This document shows, piece by piece, positions 28,632-37,373 of a stretch of DNA of 42,515 nt. The stretch spans positions 1 to 42,515 of the forward strand of contig CAYTWO010000006.1 in NCBI GenBank assembly GCA_964442125.1. Reading direction: 5' to 3'. A model generated the notes under the pieces. That model had not been told where the DNA came from. It searched no databases and saw nothing but the letters and a program-made list of their open reading frames with translations. Source of the DNA: an uncultured Gemmatimonadota bacterium (lineage in GTDB: Bacteria; Gemmatimonadota; CAZMKB01; CAZNLH01). Every line of letters begins with the position of its first letter. The first letter of the stretch is position 1. The position numbers were made by a program, and so were the translations under genes.

Positions 28632-31035
28632 TTTCAGGCCTAAGTGTCACACTGAATTCTTTCTCTATCTCCTTGGTAACTTTCGCCATTATGCTATCGA
28701 CTTCCTCGTCCTTGAGGGTCTTATCCCTGGACCTGAAGATAAGTGCAAAGGTCAAGGCACTCTTGTCGTCCGGCACCTGAGGTCCCCGATATATGTCATA
28801 TAAGGTGTTGTCTTCTAGTAAATCACCGCAGGTCTGCCGAAAACTTTCTTCCAGATCTGCATGAGTAATCCCCTTTGGGACGAGAAGCGACAGGTCTCGC
28901 TTGATGGAAGGGAACGGAGACATCTCGACGAACCGTTGTTTCCACTCTATCCGATCGAAGAAATGCCCATCGAGCTCGAAGAGGAGTGGTGGATCCTCAA
29001 GGTAAAAAGACTTGAGAAGTGAGGGATGCAGTTCCCCAAAGGATCCAATCTCTTCCCCATCCACCTCGATAGCGACGTGCTTTCCCGGATGAAATGAGTC
29101 CCTTTGGGTCTTTATATATTTCGCACGATGGCACCCCATCCCTCTCAGAAGTGTACTCATAACACCTTTCATGTCATAGTAATCACAACGATCGGGAGAA
29201 CCATCCCTCCAGTGAACAGGGTTTCTTTTCCCCACCATCAATCCTGCAAGGTTGATTGACTCATGCGGGACTTTCTTGTCTTCAACAGCCGGGCCGAATA
29301 CCGTTCCCATCTCAAAAATCCTGAGGTCGGAATTATTCCGGCTTACATTTAGTTTTAACACCCTGAGAAGTCCGGGTAGGAGAGACCGCCTGAGGACTCG
29401 AGCGTCATTGGAGATCGGATTTAGGAGACACCACATATCAGATCGATCCGACTCCGGGAATAGCAGAGATAATTCATCCTCGCTCAGGAATGAGGTCGTA
29501 TAGACCTCACGGAACCCATGAGCAACCAGGTGGGTCTTCAGCAGATCCCTCCTCCAGGACTGCCAGTCAACTCCTGCAATAACCTCCGAACCCGATCCAG
29601 CAGGAACCTCAAACTTGTTATATCCCAATAAACGTGCGATTTCCTCTATCAGATCGACTTCTCTTTTCAAATCCTGACGAAAAGTCTGCACCTCGACATC
29701 GATGAAGTCATCTTTCACACTTGCCGGGAGATCTATACTCTCGAGATACTCGACCATCTGTTCCGTTCCGATCTTCATGCCAAGAAGTTTTTCCACACGC
29801 TCAGGATGAAGGCTGATCGAGACCTTCTTAACCTCCTCTGGATACCTGTCGATCCACCCCGCCATAATCGTCCCACCGGCAATTTCCTGTAGCAATGCAG
29901 TAACCCTGTCGAGGGCAAAGGGCAGAGAGTTGGGATCAACCCACCTTTCGAACCTGTATGAAGCCTGAGAAGGCAAACCAAGCCTTTTTGAAGTCTTACG
30001 AATGCTGAGTGGATCGAAGTGAGCGGCTTCTATCAAGATATCTTTCGTCTCATCGGTGACCTCGGTATCGAGACTTCCCATAATCCCCGCGATGGCCACC
30101 GCTTTGTCGGGATCCGCAATCACGACATCTTCTTCGGTAAGGATTCTTTCTTCCTCGTCCAGGCTGACGATCCTCTCTCCGTTCGAGGCACGCCTTACAA
30201 TTATCTTTCCATCCGTCAGCAAATCCAAATCAAAGGTGTGCAGAGGATGGCCAAGCTCCATCAGGACGTAATTGGCCGCGTCGACGACATTATTAACCGA
30301 TCTCATTCCAACAGACTCTAACCGGCGGGACAACCAGAGGGGTGACGGCCCCACCTTCACTCCCCTGATAACCCTTGCCATATACCTGGGACATCCAACT
30401 GGATCGGCCAGATGCACGTCCGCCAGGGTCTCAATCTCCTCGCCCCCCTCATTCACTTCGTTGCTGGGATACCTCAGGTGATACCCTGTTATGGCTCCAA
30501 TCTCTCTCGCTACACCGATGTGTGAGAGGAGGTCGAACCTGTTTGCTGTCACTTCGATATCGAAAACGTGATCTCCGAGACCCAGTTCATCCACCAGTGA
30601 AGAGCCAACCTTCAGCGTCTTATCCAGTTCAAGGATCGTGTCGCCATCCGATGATATTTCCAGCTCCTTGCCGGAACAAAGCATCCCGTTTGACTCCTCC
30701 CCGCGGATTCTCACTTTTTTGATCTTCGCGCCTCCCGGCAAACGTGATCCAATTGGCGCGAACGGATAAATGCCGCCCTTCACGACGTTTGGAGCACCAC
30801 AAACGACCTGAACGGACACATCTTCCCCCGTATCGACCCGGCAGATGACAAGCTTGTCAGCGTCAGGGTGTTTGCTGACTTCGGTAACTCGAGACACGAC
30901 TATGCCACGGATATCAGGCACAACGTGCTCTATCCCCTCTACCGCCAATCCCTGCATTGTTAAACGATCGGCCAGTTTCTCGAAATCAGCAGGTATGTCG
31001 ATGTAATCACTAAGCCAGTTAAGACTGACCTTCAA
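28618..31035 (-). CDS. pheT: phenylalanine--tRNA ligase beta subunit
   Basis: MKVSLNWLSDYIDI N-terminus. tRNA-binding, B3/4 and B5 regions and a C-terminal FDX-ACB-like region. 805 aa. Confidence 0.95.
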   Translation of the reverse strand: MKVSLNWLSDYIDIPADFEKLADRLTMQGLAVEGIEHVVPDIRGIVVSRVTEVSKHPDADKLVICRVDTGEDVSVQVVCGAPNVVKGGIYPFAPIGSRLPGGAKIKKVRIRGEESNGMLCSGKELEISSDGDTILELDKTLKVGSSLVDELGLGDHVFDIEVTANRFDLLSHIGVAREIGAITGYHLRYPSNEVNEGGEEIETLADVHLADPVGCPRYMARVIRGVKVGPSPLWLSRRLESVGMRSVNNVVDAANYVLMELGHPLHTFDLDLLTDGKIIVRRASNGERIVSLDEEERILTEEDVVIADPDKAVAIAGIMGSLDTEVTDETKDILIEAAHFDPLSIRKTSKRLGLPSQASYRFERWVDPNSLPFALDRVTALLQEIAGGTIMAGWIDRYPEEVKKVSISLHPERVEKLLGMKIGTEQMVEYLESIDLPASVKDDFIDVEVQTFRQDLKREVDLIEEIARLLGYNKFEVPAGSGSEVIAGVDWQSWRRDLLKTHLVAHGFREVYTTSFLSEDELSLLFPESDRSDMWCLLNPISNDARVLRRSLLPGLLRVLKLNVSRNNSDLRIFEMGTVFGPAVEDKKVPHESINLAGLMVGKRNPVHWRDGSPDRCDYYDMKGVMSTLLRGMGCHRAKYIKTQRDSFHPGKHVAIEVDGEEIGSFGELHPSLLKSFYLEDPPLLFELDGHFFDRIEWKQRFVEMSPFPSIKRDLSLLVPKGITHADLEESFRQTCGDLLEDNTLYDIYRGPQVPDDKSALTFALIFRSRDKTLKDEEVDSIMAKVTKEIEKEFSVTLRPEIDTE

Positions 31036-31050
31036 GGTAGAACCCTTTCA

Positions 31051-32076
31051 TCAAAATTGAGAGAGAAACCGGACGTCATTCTCATAAAATGTCCGAATGT
31101 CATTGATACCATATTTTAACATGGCTATCCTTTCGACACCGAGCCCGAAGGCATAGCCGGTATAAAATTCCGAATCGTAACCCACGGCCTCGAAAACAGC
31201 CGGATTGACCATCCCCGCACCTAGTATCTCAAGCCAGCCGGTATTCTTACAAATCCTGCATCCGGATCCATCGCAAAAAATGCATGATATATCGACTTCT
31301 GCGCTCGGTTCCGTAAAGGGGAAGTAGCTCGGCCGGAAACGCGTTCTGACCTCCTGTCCGAAAATCCCCTTCGCAAAAGAATCGAGGCAGCCCTTGAGAT
31401 GAGGAAAGGTGACGTTTTCGTCGACGTATAATCCCTCGACCTGATGAAATACAGGGCTATGAGACGCGTCTGGTGAATCACAACGGAAAACTCTCCCTGG
31501 TACGATTATCCTCACGGGAGGCTGGACCTTCTCCATCACCCTGATCTGCACAGGTGAGGTATGGGTTCGCATGACGACATCTTCGGAAAGATAGAACGTG
31601 TCCTGCATATCCCTGGCAGGATGATCTCTTGGTACGTTAAGTGCTTCGAAGTTATAATAATCGAGTTCGGCTTCAGGTCCCTGTTCTACAGAAAACCCCA
31701 TTCCGTGAAAGATCTCGATGATCTCCCTGAAGACGAGACTGATCGGATGAAAACTCCCCGTCCATGGCTCGACTCCGGGCAGGGTCGTGTCGAGTTCTTC
31801 CTCGCTGAGTTTTCGGTTCAGAGAATCCTCATCGAGAGCCTTCTTTTTCGCCTGCAGGGCATCATTGATTATGCTTTTGGCAGAGTTCGCCTTTTTACCC
31901 GCTTCTGGCCTCTCTTCCAGGGGAACATCTCCAATCTTCTTCACAAACTCCGTGAGCTTCCCCTTGCGCCCGAGATAATCGACACGTAACTTTTCAAGGA
32001 CGTCCTGGCTAGTCGCGCTCTCAATCCTCTGGAGGGCATCGACCTCTAGCTTCTTCAGATATTCAACGCCTTCCAT
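31051..32076 (-). CDS. pheS: phenylalanine--tRNA ligase alpha subunit
   Basis: HPARDMQDTFY, FRPSYFPFTEPSAEVD and GFAFGLGVERIAML-like motifs. Confidence 0.95.
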   Translation of the reverse strand: MEGVEYLKKLEVDALQRIESATSQDVLEKLRVDYLGRKGKLTEFVKKIGDVPLEERPEAGKKANSAKSIINDALQAKKKALDEDSLNRKLSEEELDTTLPGVEPWTGSFHPISLVFREIIEIFHGMGFSVEQGPEAELDYYNFEALNVPRDHPARDMQDTFYLSEDVVMRTHTSPVQIRVMEKVQPPVRIIVPGRVFRCDSPDASHSPVFHQVEGLYVDENVTFPHLKGCLDSFAKGIFGQEVRTRFRPSYFPFTEPSAEVDISCIFCDGSGCRICKNTGWLEILGAGMVNPAVFEAVGYDSEFYTGYAFGLGVERIAMLKYGINDIRTFYENDVRFLSQF

Positions 32077-32081
32077 CTGCT

Positions 32082-32441
32082 TTAAGACTTGAGGTTTTTC
32101 TTGGCTAGCTCGGCCAGGCAGGTAAACTCTTCCGGATGACTCACGGCCAGGTCAGCAAGGAGTTTCCTGTTGATCTCTACGTCAGCCTTCTGGAGTCCCT
32201 CCATGAAACGATTATACGAAAGGCCATTATTCCTGGCAGCGGCGTTGATTCGAACGATCCAGAGCCTACGGAAATCCCTTTTTCTCCGTTTTCTATCCCT
32301 GTAAGCGAAGGCAAGGGCACGATTCACGCTTTCCTTAGCCGTTCGATACAGTTTACTCCTTCCTCCCCTGTAACCCTTTGCCGCTTTAAGTATTTTCTTT
32401 TTCTTCCTGTGTACTGCGGGCCCGCTTGTTATCCTGGGCAT
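32082..32441 (-). CDS. rplT: 50S ribosomal protein L20
   Basis: [15 protein letters not shown]...[23 protein letters not shown]. Confidence 0.95.
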   Translation of the reverse strand: MPRITSGPAVHRKKKKILKAAKGYRGGRSKLYRTAKESVNRALAFAYRDRKRRKRDFRRLWIVRINAAARNNGLSYNRFMEGLQKADVEINRKLLADLAVSHPEEFTCLAELAKKNLKS

Positions 32442-32503
32442 CGAAGAACCTCCTTAGGTGTCTCAAAAAGAAACCTGAATCCGATAAAACAAAATAAATA
32501 CTT

Positions 32504-32692
32504 CTATAACATCCGCTTTACCTTTTTCAAATCACTGCCATCGACAAGCTTTCCCTTTCTGAGCTGCCTCTTCCTTTTTCTCGTCTTTTTCGTCAGGATA
32601 TGGCTGTGGTGGGAACTCAACCGCTTGACCTTCCCTTTGGCAGTCAATTTAAAACGCTTCACTGCACCTCGATTGCTTTTTACTTTTGGCAC
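32504..32692 (-). CDS. rpmI: 50S ribosomal protein L35
   Basis: MPKVKSNRGAVKRFKLTAKGKVKR...HILTKK. Confidence 0.95.
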   Translation of the reverse strand: MPKVKSNRGAVKRFKLTAKGKVKRLSSHHSHILTKKTRKRKRQLRKGKLVDGSDLKKVKRML

Positions 32693-32763
32693 CGCGCAAA
32701 AACCTCCTAAATTACTTTAAGTAAACATGCTAACCCTTAAACATACTATCACTTATAAGCCAT

Positions 32764-33282
32764 CTATTGCTTGCGACCCCTCGGACCAATCACCGTCACC
32801 AGGTTCCTTCCCTCTTTTTTGATCGGTGATTCGACAATACCATCCTCCTCTAAATTCTCCACGAATCGTTTCATTAATGCGATCGCGAGATCGGCATGAG
32901 TTATCTCCCTGCCCCTGAACATCAGGGTTACCTTCACTTTGTTGTTTTTAGAGAGAAACTTCCTGGCATGTCGAAGCTTGAATTCAAAATCGTGATCTTC
33001 GATTTTGGGTCGAAGCTTGATCTCCTTCACCTGGATAACATGCTGTTTCTTTTTCGCCCTCTTTGCCTTCTGGCTCTCCTCGTACTTGTATTTGCCGTAA
33101 TCCATTATCCTGCAAACCGGTGGATTTGCCTGCGGGGCGACCTCCACCAGGTCAAGTCCTTCTTCCTCGGCTAGTTCGAGTGCTTTTTCTGTTGGTACAA
33201 TTCCAATCTGTTCGCCATCCGGACCGATCACCCGAATAGGCGATATCCTGATCTGGGTGTTAACTCTCGCTCTTTTTTGAAT
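32764..33282 (-). CDS. infC: translation initiation factor IF-3, AUU start
   Basis: The ORF track begins at GTG 33231, but the frame stays open upstream to a TAA at 33306-33304. ATT at 33282-33280 is preceded by CAGGAGGAGGAAGAG. This gives IQKRARVNTQIRISPIRVIGPDGEQIG, a canonical IF-3 N-terminus. Confidence 0.9.
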   Translation of the reverse strand: MQKRARVNTQIRISPIRVIGPDGEQIGIVPTEKALELAEEEGLDLVEVAPQANPPVCRIMDYGKYKYEESQKAKRAKKKQHVIQVKEIKLRPKIEDHDFEFKLRHARKFLSKNNKVKVTLMFRGREITHADLAIALMKRFVENLEEDGIVESPIKKEGRNLVTVIGPRGRKQ

Positions 33283-33487
33283 CTCTTCCTCCTCCTGAAC
33301 CGGTTAATAGTGACTACCCCTTGAGTGGGGAGTTGCAGCCATATTTTGTGCAGGGTTGGATGATACACGGGCGTGAATCCCGGTATGCAGATCAACCCGC
33401 CAGTACATAAAAAGACCAACCAGGTGAGGGGCTGACATGCCCCTTCTTTGCAGTTGGGGGGAATTCCTCACATGATTTATATAGTAA

Positions 33488-33516
33488 CATATACTGCAAT
33501 AGAGTGGTTGTGTCAA
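33488..33516 (-). promoter_or_regulatory. candidate sigma70 promoter for infC-rpmI-rplT
   Basis: Minus strand TTGACA-17 nt-TATATG, directly after the thrS stop. Confidence 0.4.
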
Positions 33517-35430
33517 TCATTTTCTACTCCTTACTTCTTCCATCATATCCTTGATCAACTTTTCGACCTGCCGTGGACCCATATCCCCCTTCCCCTTCCT
33601 TCTCACCGACACGGTATCTCCTTCCACCTCTCTCGCACCAACGATCAGCATATATGGAATTTTCTGTAATTCGGCCTCTCTTATCTTGAGCCCGATTTTT
33701 TCACTCCGGTCATCTACTTCCACACGAAAATCGTTCTCCTTCAACTTTTCGAGAACCGCCCTTGCATACTCTCTCTGATCGTCTGTGACGGGAATGACCT
33801 TGACCTGCACAGGGCTGAGCCACAATGGAAAATCTCCCCCGTAGTGTTCGATCAAAACCCCGAAAAATCTCTCGAGGGAACCCAAGAGAGCACGATGGAT
33901 CATGATTGGACGATGAGACCCTCCGTCAGAGCCTATGTAACGAATATCGAACTTTTCAGGAAGATTGTAGTCGACCTGTATGGTGGTGCACTGCCAGACA
34001 CGCCGAAGTGCATCGCGGATCTTGATATCGATCTTCGGGCCGTAAAAGACCCCCTCTCCGGGATCGATTTCGTAATCCAGACCGCTGCTTACCAGAGAAT
34101 CCTTCAAGGCTCCGGTCGCCATATCCCAGTTCTCTTCGGTACCAACATATTTTTCCGGTCTCGTGCTCAGATATACCTCATACTCGTCGAAGCCAAACTC
34201 CCGCAGGAAGAAGAGGGTAAAATCGATGAGTCCTTCGATCTCTTCACGAAGTTGATCCGGCCGACAGAATATGTGTGCGTCGTCCTGTGTGAAGCCTCTA
34301 ACACGCTTCATCCCATGAAGGACCCCGGATCTCTCGAACCTGTAGACGGTACCCAACTCCGCCCATCGCAGGGGGAGATCCCGATAACTCTTCATACCGT
34401 CCTTGAAGATGAGAATATGGAAAGGGCAATTCATCGGCTTGATCAGATAATCCCCCTCCTCGAACTCCATTGGCGGATACATGTTCTCCCTGTAGAAATC
34501 AAGGTGCCCGCTCTTCTGCCAGAGAAGACTCCTGGCTACATGAGGGCTGTAGACCAGATCATATCCTCGACGGTAATGGGCTTCTTTCCAGAAATTCTCG
34601 ATGATATTTCTGATAACCGAACCCTTCGGGTGCCAGAAAACCAGACCTGGTCCGGCTTCATCATGAATACTGAAGAGGTCGAGCTGCTTACCGAGGACCC
34701 GGTGGTCCCTCTTTTTTATATCTTCCAACCTGCTCAGATGGTCGTCCAGTTCTTCCTGCACGAAAAAAGAGGTCCCGTAGATACGCTGGAGCATCGGGTT
34801 TTTCTCGTCCCCACGCCAGTAAGCGCCTGCAATAGACGTGAGTTTATATGCACTGATCCGTCCAGTAGAAGGGAGATGAGGTCCTTCGCACAGGTCGATG
34901 AAATCCCCGCACCGGTATATGGAAATGGCCTCACCCTCCGGGATCTCCTTGATCAGTTCCACTTTATAGTTCTCGCCTCTATCCCGGAAAAATTCTATTG
35001 CCTTTTCTCTTTCCCACTCTTCTCGATCGAATCGATAGTCCTGTGATATAATCTCCGCCATCTTCCCCTCGATCGATTCGAGGTCATCAGGGTTAAATGG
35101 TTGCGGTGAGTCGAAGTCATAGTAGAAGCCATCCTCGATCGGAGGACCTATCGTCACCTTTGTGCCGGGAAAAAGGGTCGTTACGGCATAAGCCATGATA
35201 TGAGAGGTGCTGTGCCGTAGAACGTCGAGAGCATCAATATCCTCCGAAGTAATTATCTTAACGTCACAATCCTTGAGCAGAGGACTGCTCAGGTCAACCA
35301 TTCTCTGATCTACCATCGCAACCAATGCGTCTTTTGCCAGTCGTGGGCCAATGTTACCGGCCATTTCCGCCACCGTAGTCCCTCTGGCGATTTCCATAGC
35401 AGAACCATTCGGCAGTTTTACTTTTATCAT
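33517..35430 (-). CDS. thrS: threonine--tRNA ligase
   Basis: MIKVKLPNGS TGS N-terminus and HSTSHIMA editing motif. Class II motifs FRDRGE..., RGFTQDDAHIF and GPKIDI. Anticodon domain present. ATG 35430 preferred; the ORF-track start is 35502. Confidence 0.95.
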   Translation of the reverse strand: MIKVKLPNGSAMEIARGTTVAEMAGNIGPRLAKDALVAMVDQRMVDLSSPLLKDCDVKIITSEDIDALDVLRHSTSHIMAYAVTTLFPGTKVTIGPPIEDGFYYDFDSPQPFNPDDLESIEGKMAEIISQDYRFDREEWEREKAIEFFRDRGENYKVELIKEIPEGEAISIYRCGDFIDLCEGPHLPSTGRISAYKLTSIAGAYWRGDEKNPMLQRIYGTSFFVQEELDDHLSRLEDIKKRDHRVLGKQLDLFSIHDEAGPGLVFWHPKGSVIRNIIENFWKEAHYRRGYDLVYSPHVARSLLWQKSGHLDFYRENMYPPMEFEEGDYLIKPMNCPFHILIFKDGMKSYRDLPLRWAELGTVYRFERSGVLHGMKRVRGFTQDDAHIFCRPDQLREEIEGLIDFTLFFLREFGFDEYEVYLSTRPEKYVGTEENWDMATGALKDSLVSSGLDYEIDPGEGVFYGPKIDIKIRDALRRVWQCTTIQVDYNLPEKFDIRYIGSDGGSHRPIMIHRALLGSLERFFGVLIEHYGGDFPLWLSPVQVKVIPVTDDQREYARAVLEKLKENDFRVEVDDRSEKIGLKIREAELQKIPYMLIVGAREVEGDTVSVRRKGKGDMGPRQVEKLIKDMMEEVRSRK

Positions 35431-35544
35431 CCCGTTACGTGCCTGTTTTATCATTTTTCTTCTCGATCGAAGGTCGATTAAACCTCTGTAGATCGGCTCC
35501 AAGCCCGCTCTATCGGACCGGTGAAGATCTCTTTTATCTGAAAA

Positions 35545-35573
35545 AATCTACGGTTTCCGACCAACAAAGTCAA
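35545..35573 (-). promoter_or_regulatory. candidate sigma70 promoter for thrS
   Basis: Minus strand TTGACT-17 nt-TAGATT. Confidence 0.3.
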
Positions 35574-35701
35574 CACATCGATGATTGCTGTTCTCAACGT
35601 CTGCCTATTTTCAGGGTCAGTTCATTGACATTATATGTGACTCCTTCTATTTTTTCCTTCGACCATTCTCCATCTTAAATAATATGACCGAGGTGAATAC
35701 A

Positions 35702-36508
35702 ATGAACCTATGGAAAACAACGATGCTCGCAGCCGTGACTCTTGCCCTGGGTTTCATCCTTGGAGGATCACGTGGTGAGGAACCGTATGGGGGTTCAATA
35801 GGTACAACGTTCCACGATGAGACCGAGCTCACTTTCGGCGAAGTTATCTCATCCGTTCTGAGATGGGGTGAGGAACCGAAAAAGGAAAAGTATTATGAAG
35901 GAGCGAGGGTGATCGACCTTCCAGATATGACTGCAGGCGACACAGGTGTCGAAGATGCAATCGCAAAGAGGAGGAGCGCGAGGAATTTCTCCAGGGGTTC
36001 TCTCTCGCTCCCTCAACTCTCCAGACTTCTGTACTCCTCATCGGGTATAACAGGGAAGAGTGGGAAAGATTCCGGTTTCAGAGCGGCACCTTCTGCTGGA
36101 GCGCTCTATCCGATCGAGACCTATGTCGTGGTCTTTGACGTCGACGGAATGGACCCCGGGATATACCATTATGTTCCTTCGAGGCACAAGCTGGAACTCG
36201 TCAGGGAGGGAAATTTCCATAACGATTTTATCTCGGCTGCTCTATATCAGGATATGGCCGGGAGGTGCGACCTGCTCTACGTGCTGACGGCGGTCTTCAG
36301 GAGGGTAACCTGGAAGTATGGCGATAGAGGATATCGTTATGCATATATCGAGGCAGGCGCCATATCCGAGAACATCTATCTTCAGGCGACCTCTCTCGGA
36401 CTGACTTCGGTTCTGATCGGGGCATTCTTCGATGACAAGGTATCAGAATTGATCGGAATCGATGGCAGAAAAGAAGCCCCTATTCTGCTGCACGCGGTGG
36501 GAACTTAG
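35702..36508 (+). CDS. SagB/ThcOx-type (nitroreductase superfamily) dehydrogenase with N-terminal TM/signal anchor
   Basis: RRSARNFS...LSLPQLSRLLYSSSGITG...FRAAPSAGALYPIETYVV...GIYHY.P is the SagB-type dehydrogenase signature. The N-terminus MNLWKTTMLAAVTLALGFILG is hydrophobic. Start at ATG 35702 after GAGGTG. Confidence 0.75.
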   Translation: MNLWKTTMLAAVTLALGFILGGSRGEEPYGGSIGTTFHDETELTFGEVISSVLRWGEEPKKEKYYEGARVIDLPDMTAGDTGVEDAIAKRRSARNFSRGSLSLPQLSRLLYSSSGITGKSGKDSGFRAAPSAGALYPIETYVVVFDVDGMDPGIYHYVPSRHKLELVREGNFHNDFISAALYQDMAGRCDLLYVLTAVFRRVTWKYGDRGYRYAYIEAGAISENIYLQATSLGLTSVLIGAFFDDKVSELIGIDGRKEAPILLHAVGT

Positions 36509-36514
36509 TTTAGT

Positions 36515-36715
36515 ATGAATGATGTCAGATATATTATCAGTTTCCTGTTGATCCTGTTCGTCTTTACAACAGGGATCGCCGGTTTGATCCAGGCGAAACT
36601 CGATCTTCATCACTTCCTCTACCACAGATACCTGGCATATGTTACACTTATTCTGAGTGCTCTCCACGTAGCTCTGAATTTTAAAAAACTATACCGTTAC
36701 CTGACCCGTCGTTAA
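36515..36715 (+). CDS. 66-aa two-TM, His-containing membrane protein
   Basis: Starts 6 nt after the SagB-type stop. Two hydrophobic helices (YIISFLLILFVFTTGIAGLI and YLAYVTLILSALHVALNF) carry H32, H33, H37 and H51. No family recognised. Confidence 0.45.
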   Translation: MNDVRYIISFLLILFVFTTGIAGLIQAKLDLHHFLYHRYLAYVTLILSALHVALNFKKLYRYLTRR

Positions 36716-37008
36716 TCAGGGACGACACAGAGACATTGCCAATCCTGGGAGTAATTGTTACAGCAGTCGAGCCAGCCTGGATACTGGGCGAGCCCCGGGA
36801 CTGAAGCTCCACCCCACCAGCAGATAAAAGCGGCACACAGGGGTAGATCACTGATCCAGGGGCACGGGTCGATGTTTCCGCACTGGCCAGTCTCCCAGCC
36901 GGGTAAAAAAACCATTCCGCAGTCAGAGCAGGCGTAACCGGACACATCCTTCCCACCTGACTTCTCTATACGTTTTGCGCTCCAGTTGATCGGCGTGAGA
37001 TGCTTCAT
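36712..37008 (-). CDS. Cys10/Trp7-rich small protein, paralog 1 (QhpC-like gamma-subunit / rSAM substrate candidate)
   Basis: 98 aa with an ATG start after GAGGGG. By hand alignment, 84/99 aligned positions are identical to paralog 2. All 10 Cys are conserved. Confidence 0.85.
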   Translation of the reverse strand: MKHLTPINWSAKRIEKSGGKDVSGYACSDCGMVFLPGWETGQCGNIDPCPWISDLPLCAAFICWWGGASVPGLAQYPGWLDCCNNYSQDWQCLCVVPD

Positions 37009-37170
37009 AATGAACCCCTCTTTCTGAACTTGAGTCGAGGGGTTTTATCATGAGAGGACTATTACAGGGGGTCTTTCACGAGGGGTTCACTGCGTAGTGT
37101 CACTGTTTACCAGCAGAGCTAACCATCGCTTGACAGATTTTCTATATCTCTTTAACTACATGACCCGTCA

Positions 37171-37323
37171 TCAGTCAGGGACCACGCAGAGACATTGCCA
37201 ATCCTGGGAGTAATTGTTGCAGCAGTCGAGCCGGTTCGGGTACTGGGCAACACCTTGGATCGATGCTCCACCCCAGGAGCAAATGAATGCGGTACATGCC
37301 GCTAGGTCTGCAGTCCAGGGACA
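37171..37323 (-). pseudogene. truncated, leaderless fourth copy of the Cys-rich gene (C-terminal half only)
   Basis: My translation of the minus frame ending at TGA 37173-37171 gives CPWTADLAACTAFICSWGGASIQGVAQYPNRLDCCNNYSQDWQCLCVVPD. Upstream, the frame has no ATG/GTG/TTG and no leader-like sequence before a stop at 37380-37378. Confidence 0.7.
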
Positions 37324-37373
37324 CCGCTCGTGATCTGGTCGACCTTCGAGTCCTTTGCAGGTACTCTTCCGTC

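Noticed and set aside
33283-33487. L20-responsive attenuator (terminator) in the infC leader.
   Set aside because: The only hairpin (AGGGGC-N6-GCCCCU, plus 33427-33444) has a 6-bp stem. Its U-run is about 13 nt away, so it is not a convincing intrinsic terminator.
33844-35046. 400-aa plus-strand ORF. Similar long ORFs occur at 15548-16324, 11152-11799, 26625-27251, 26821-27444 and 39493-40041.
   Set aside because: All lie antisense to, and inside, strongly supported minus-strand genes (thrS, galT, rdgB/rph, rny, propeller). They have low-complexity composition and no recognisable motifs. These are shadow ORFs.
35431-35584. T-box or other leader upstream of thrS.
   Set aside because: I could not find the conserved T-box sequence or a specifier-loop architecture. 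Only a plausible promoter is present.
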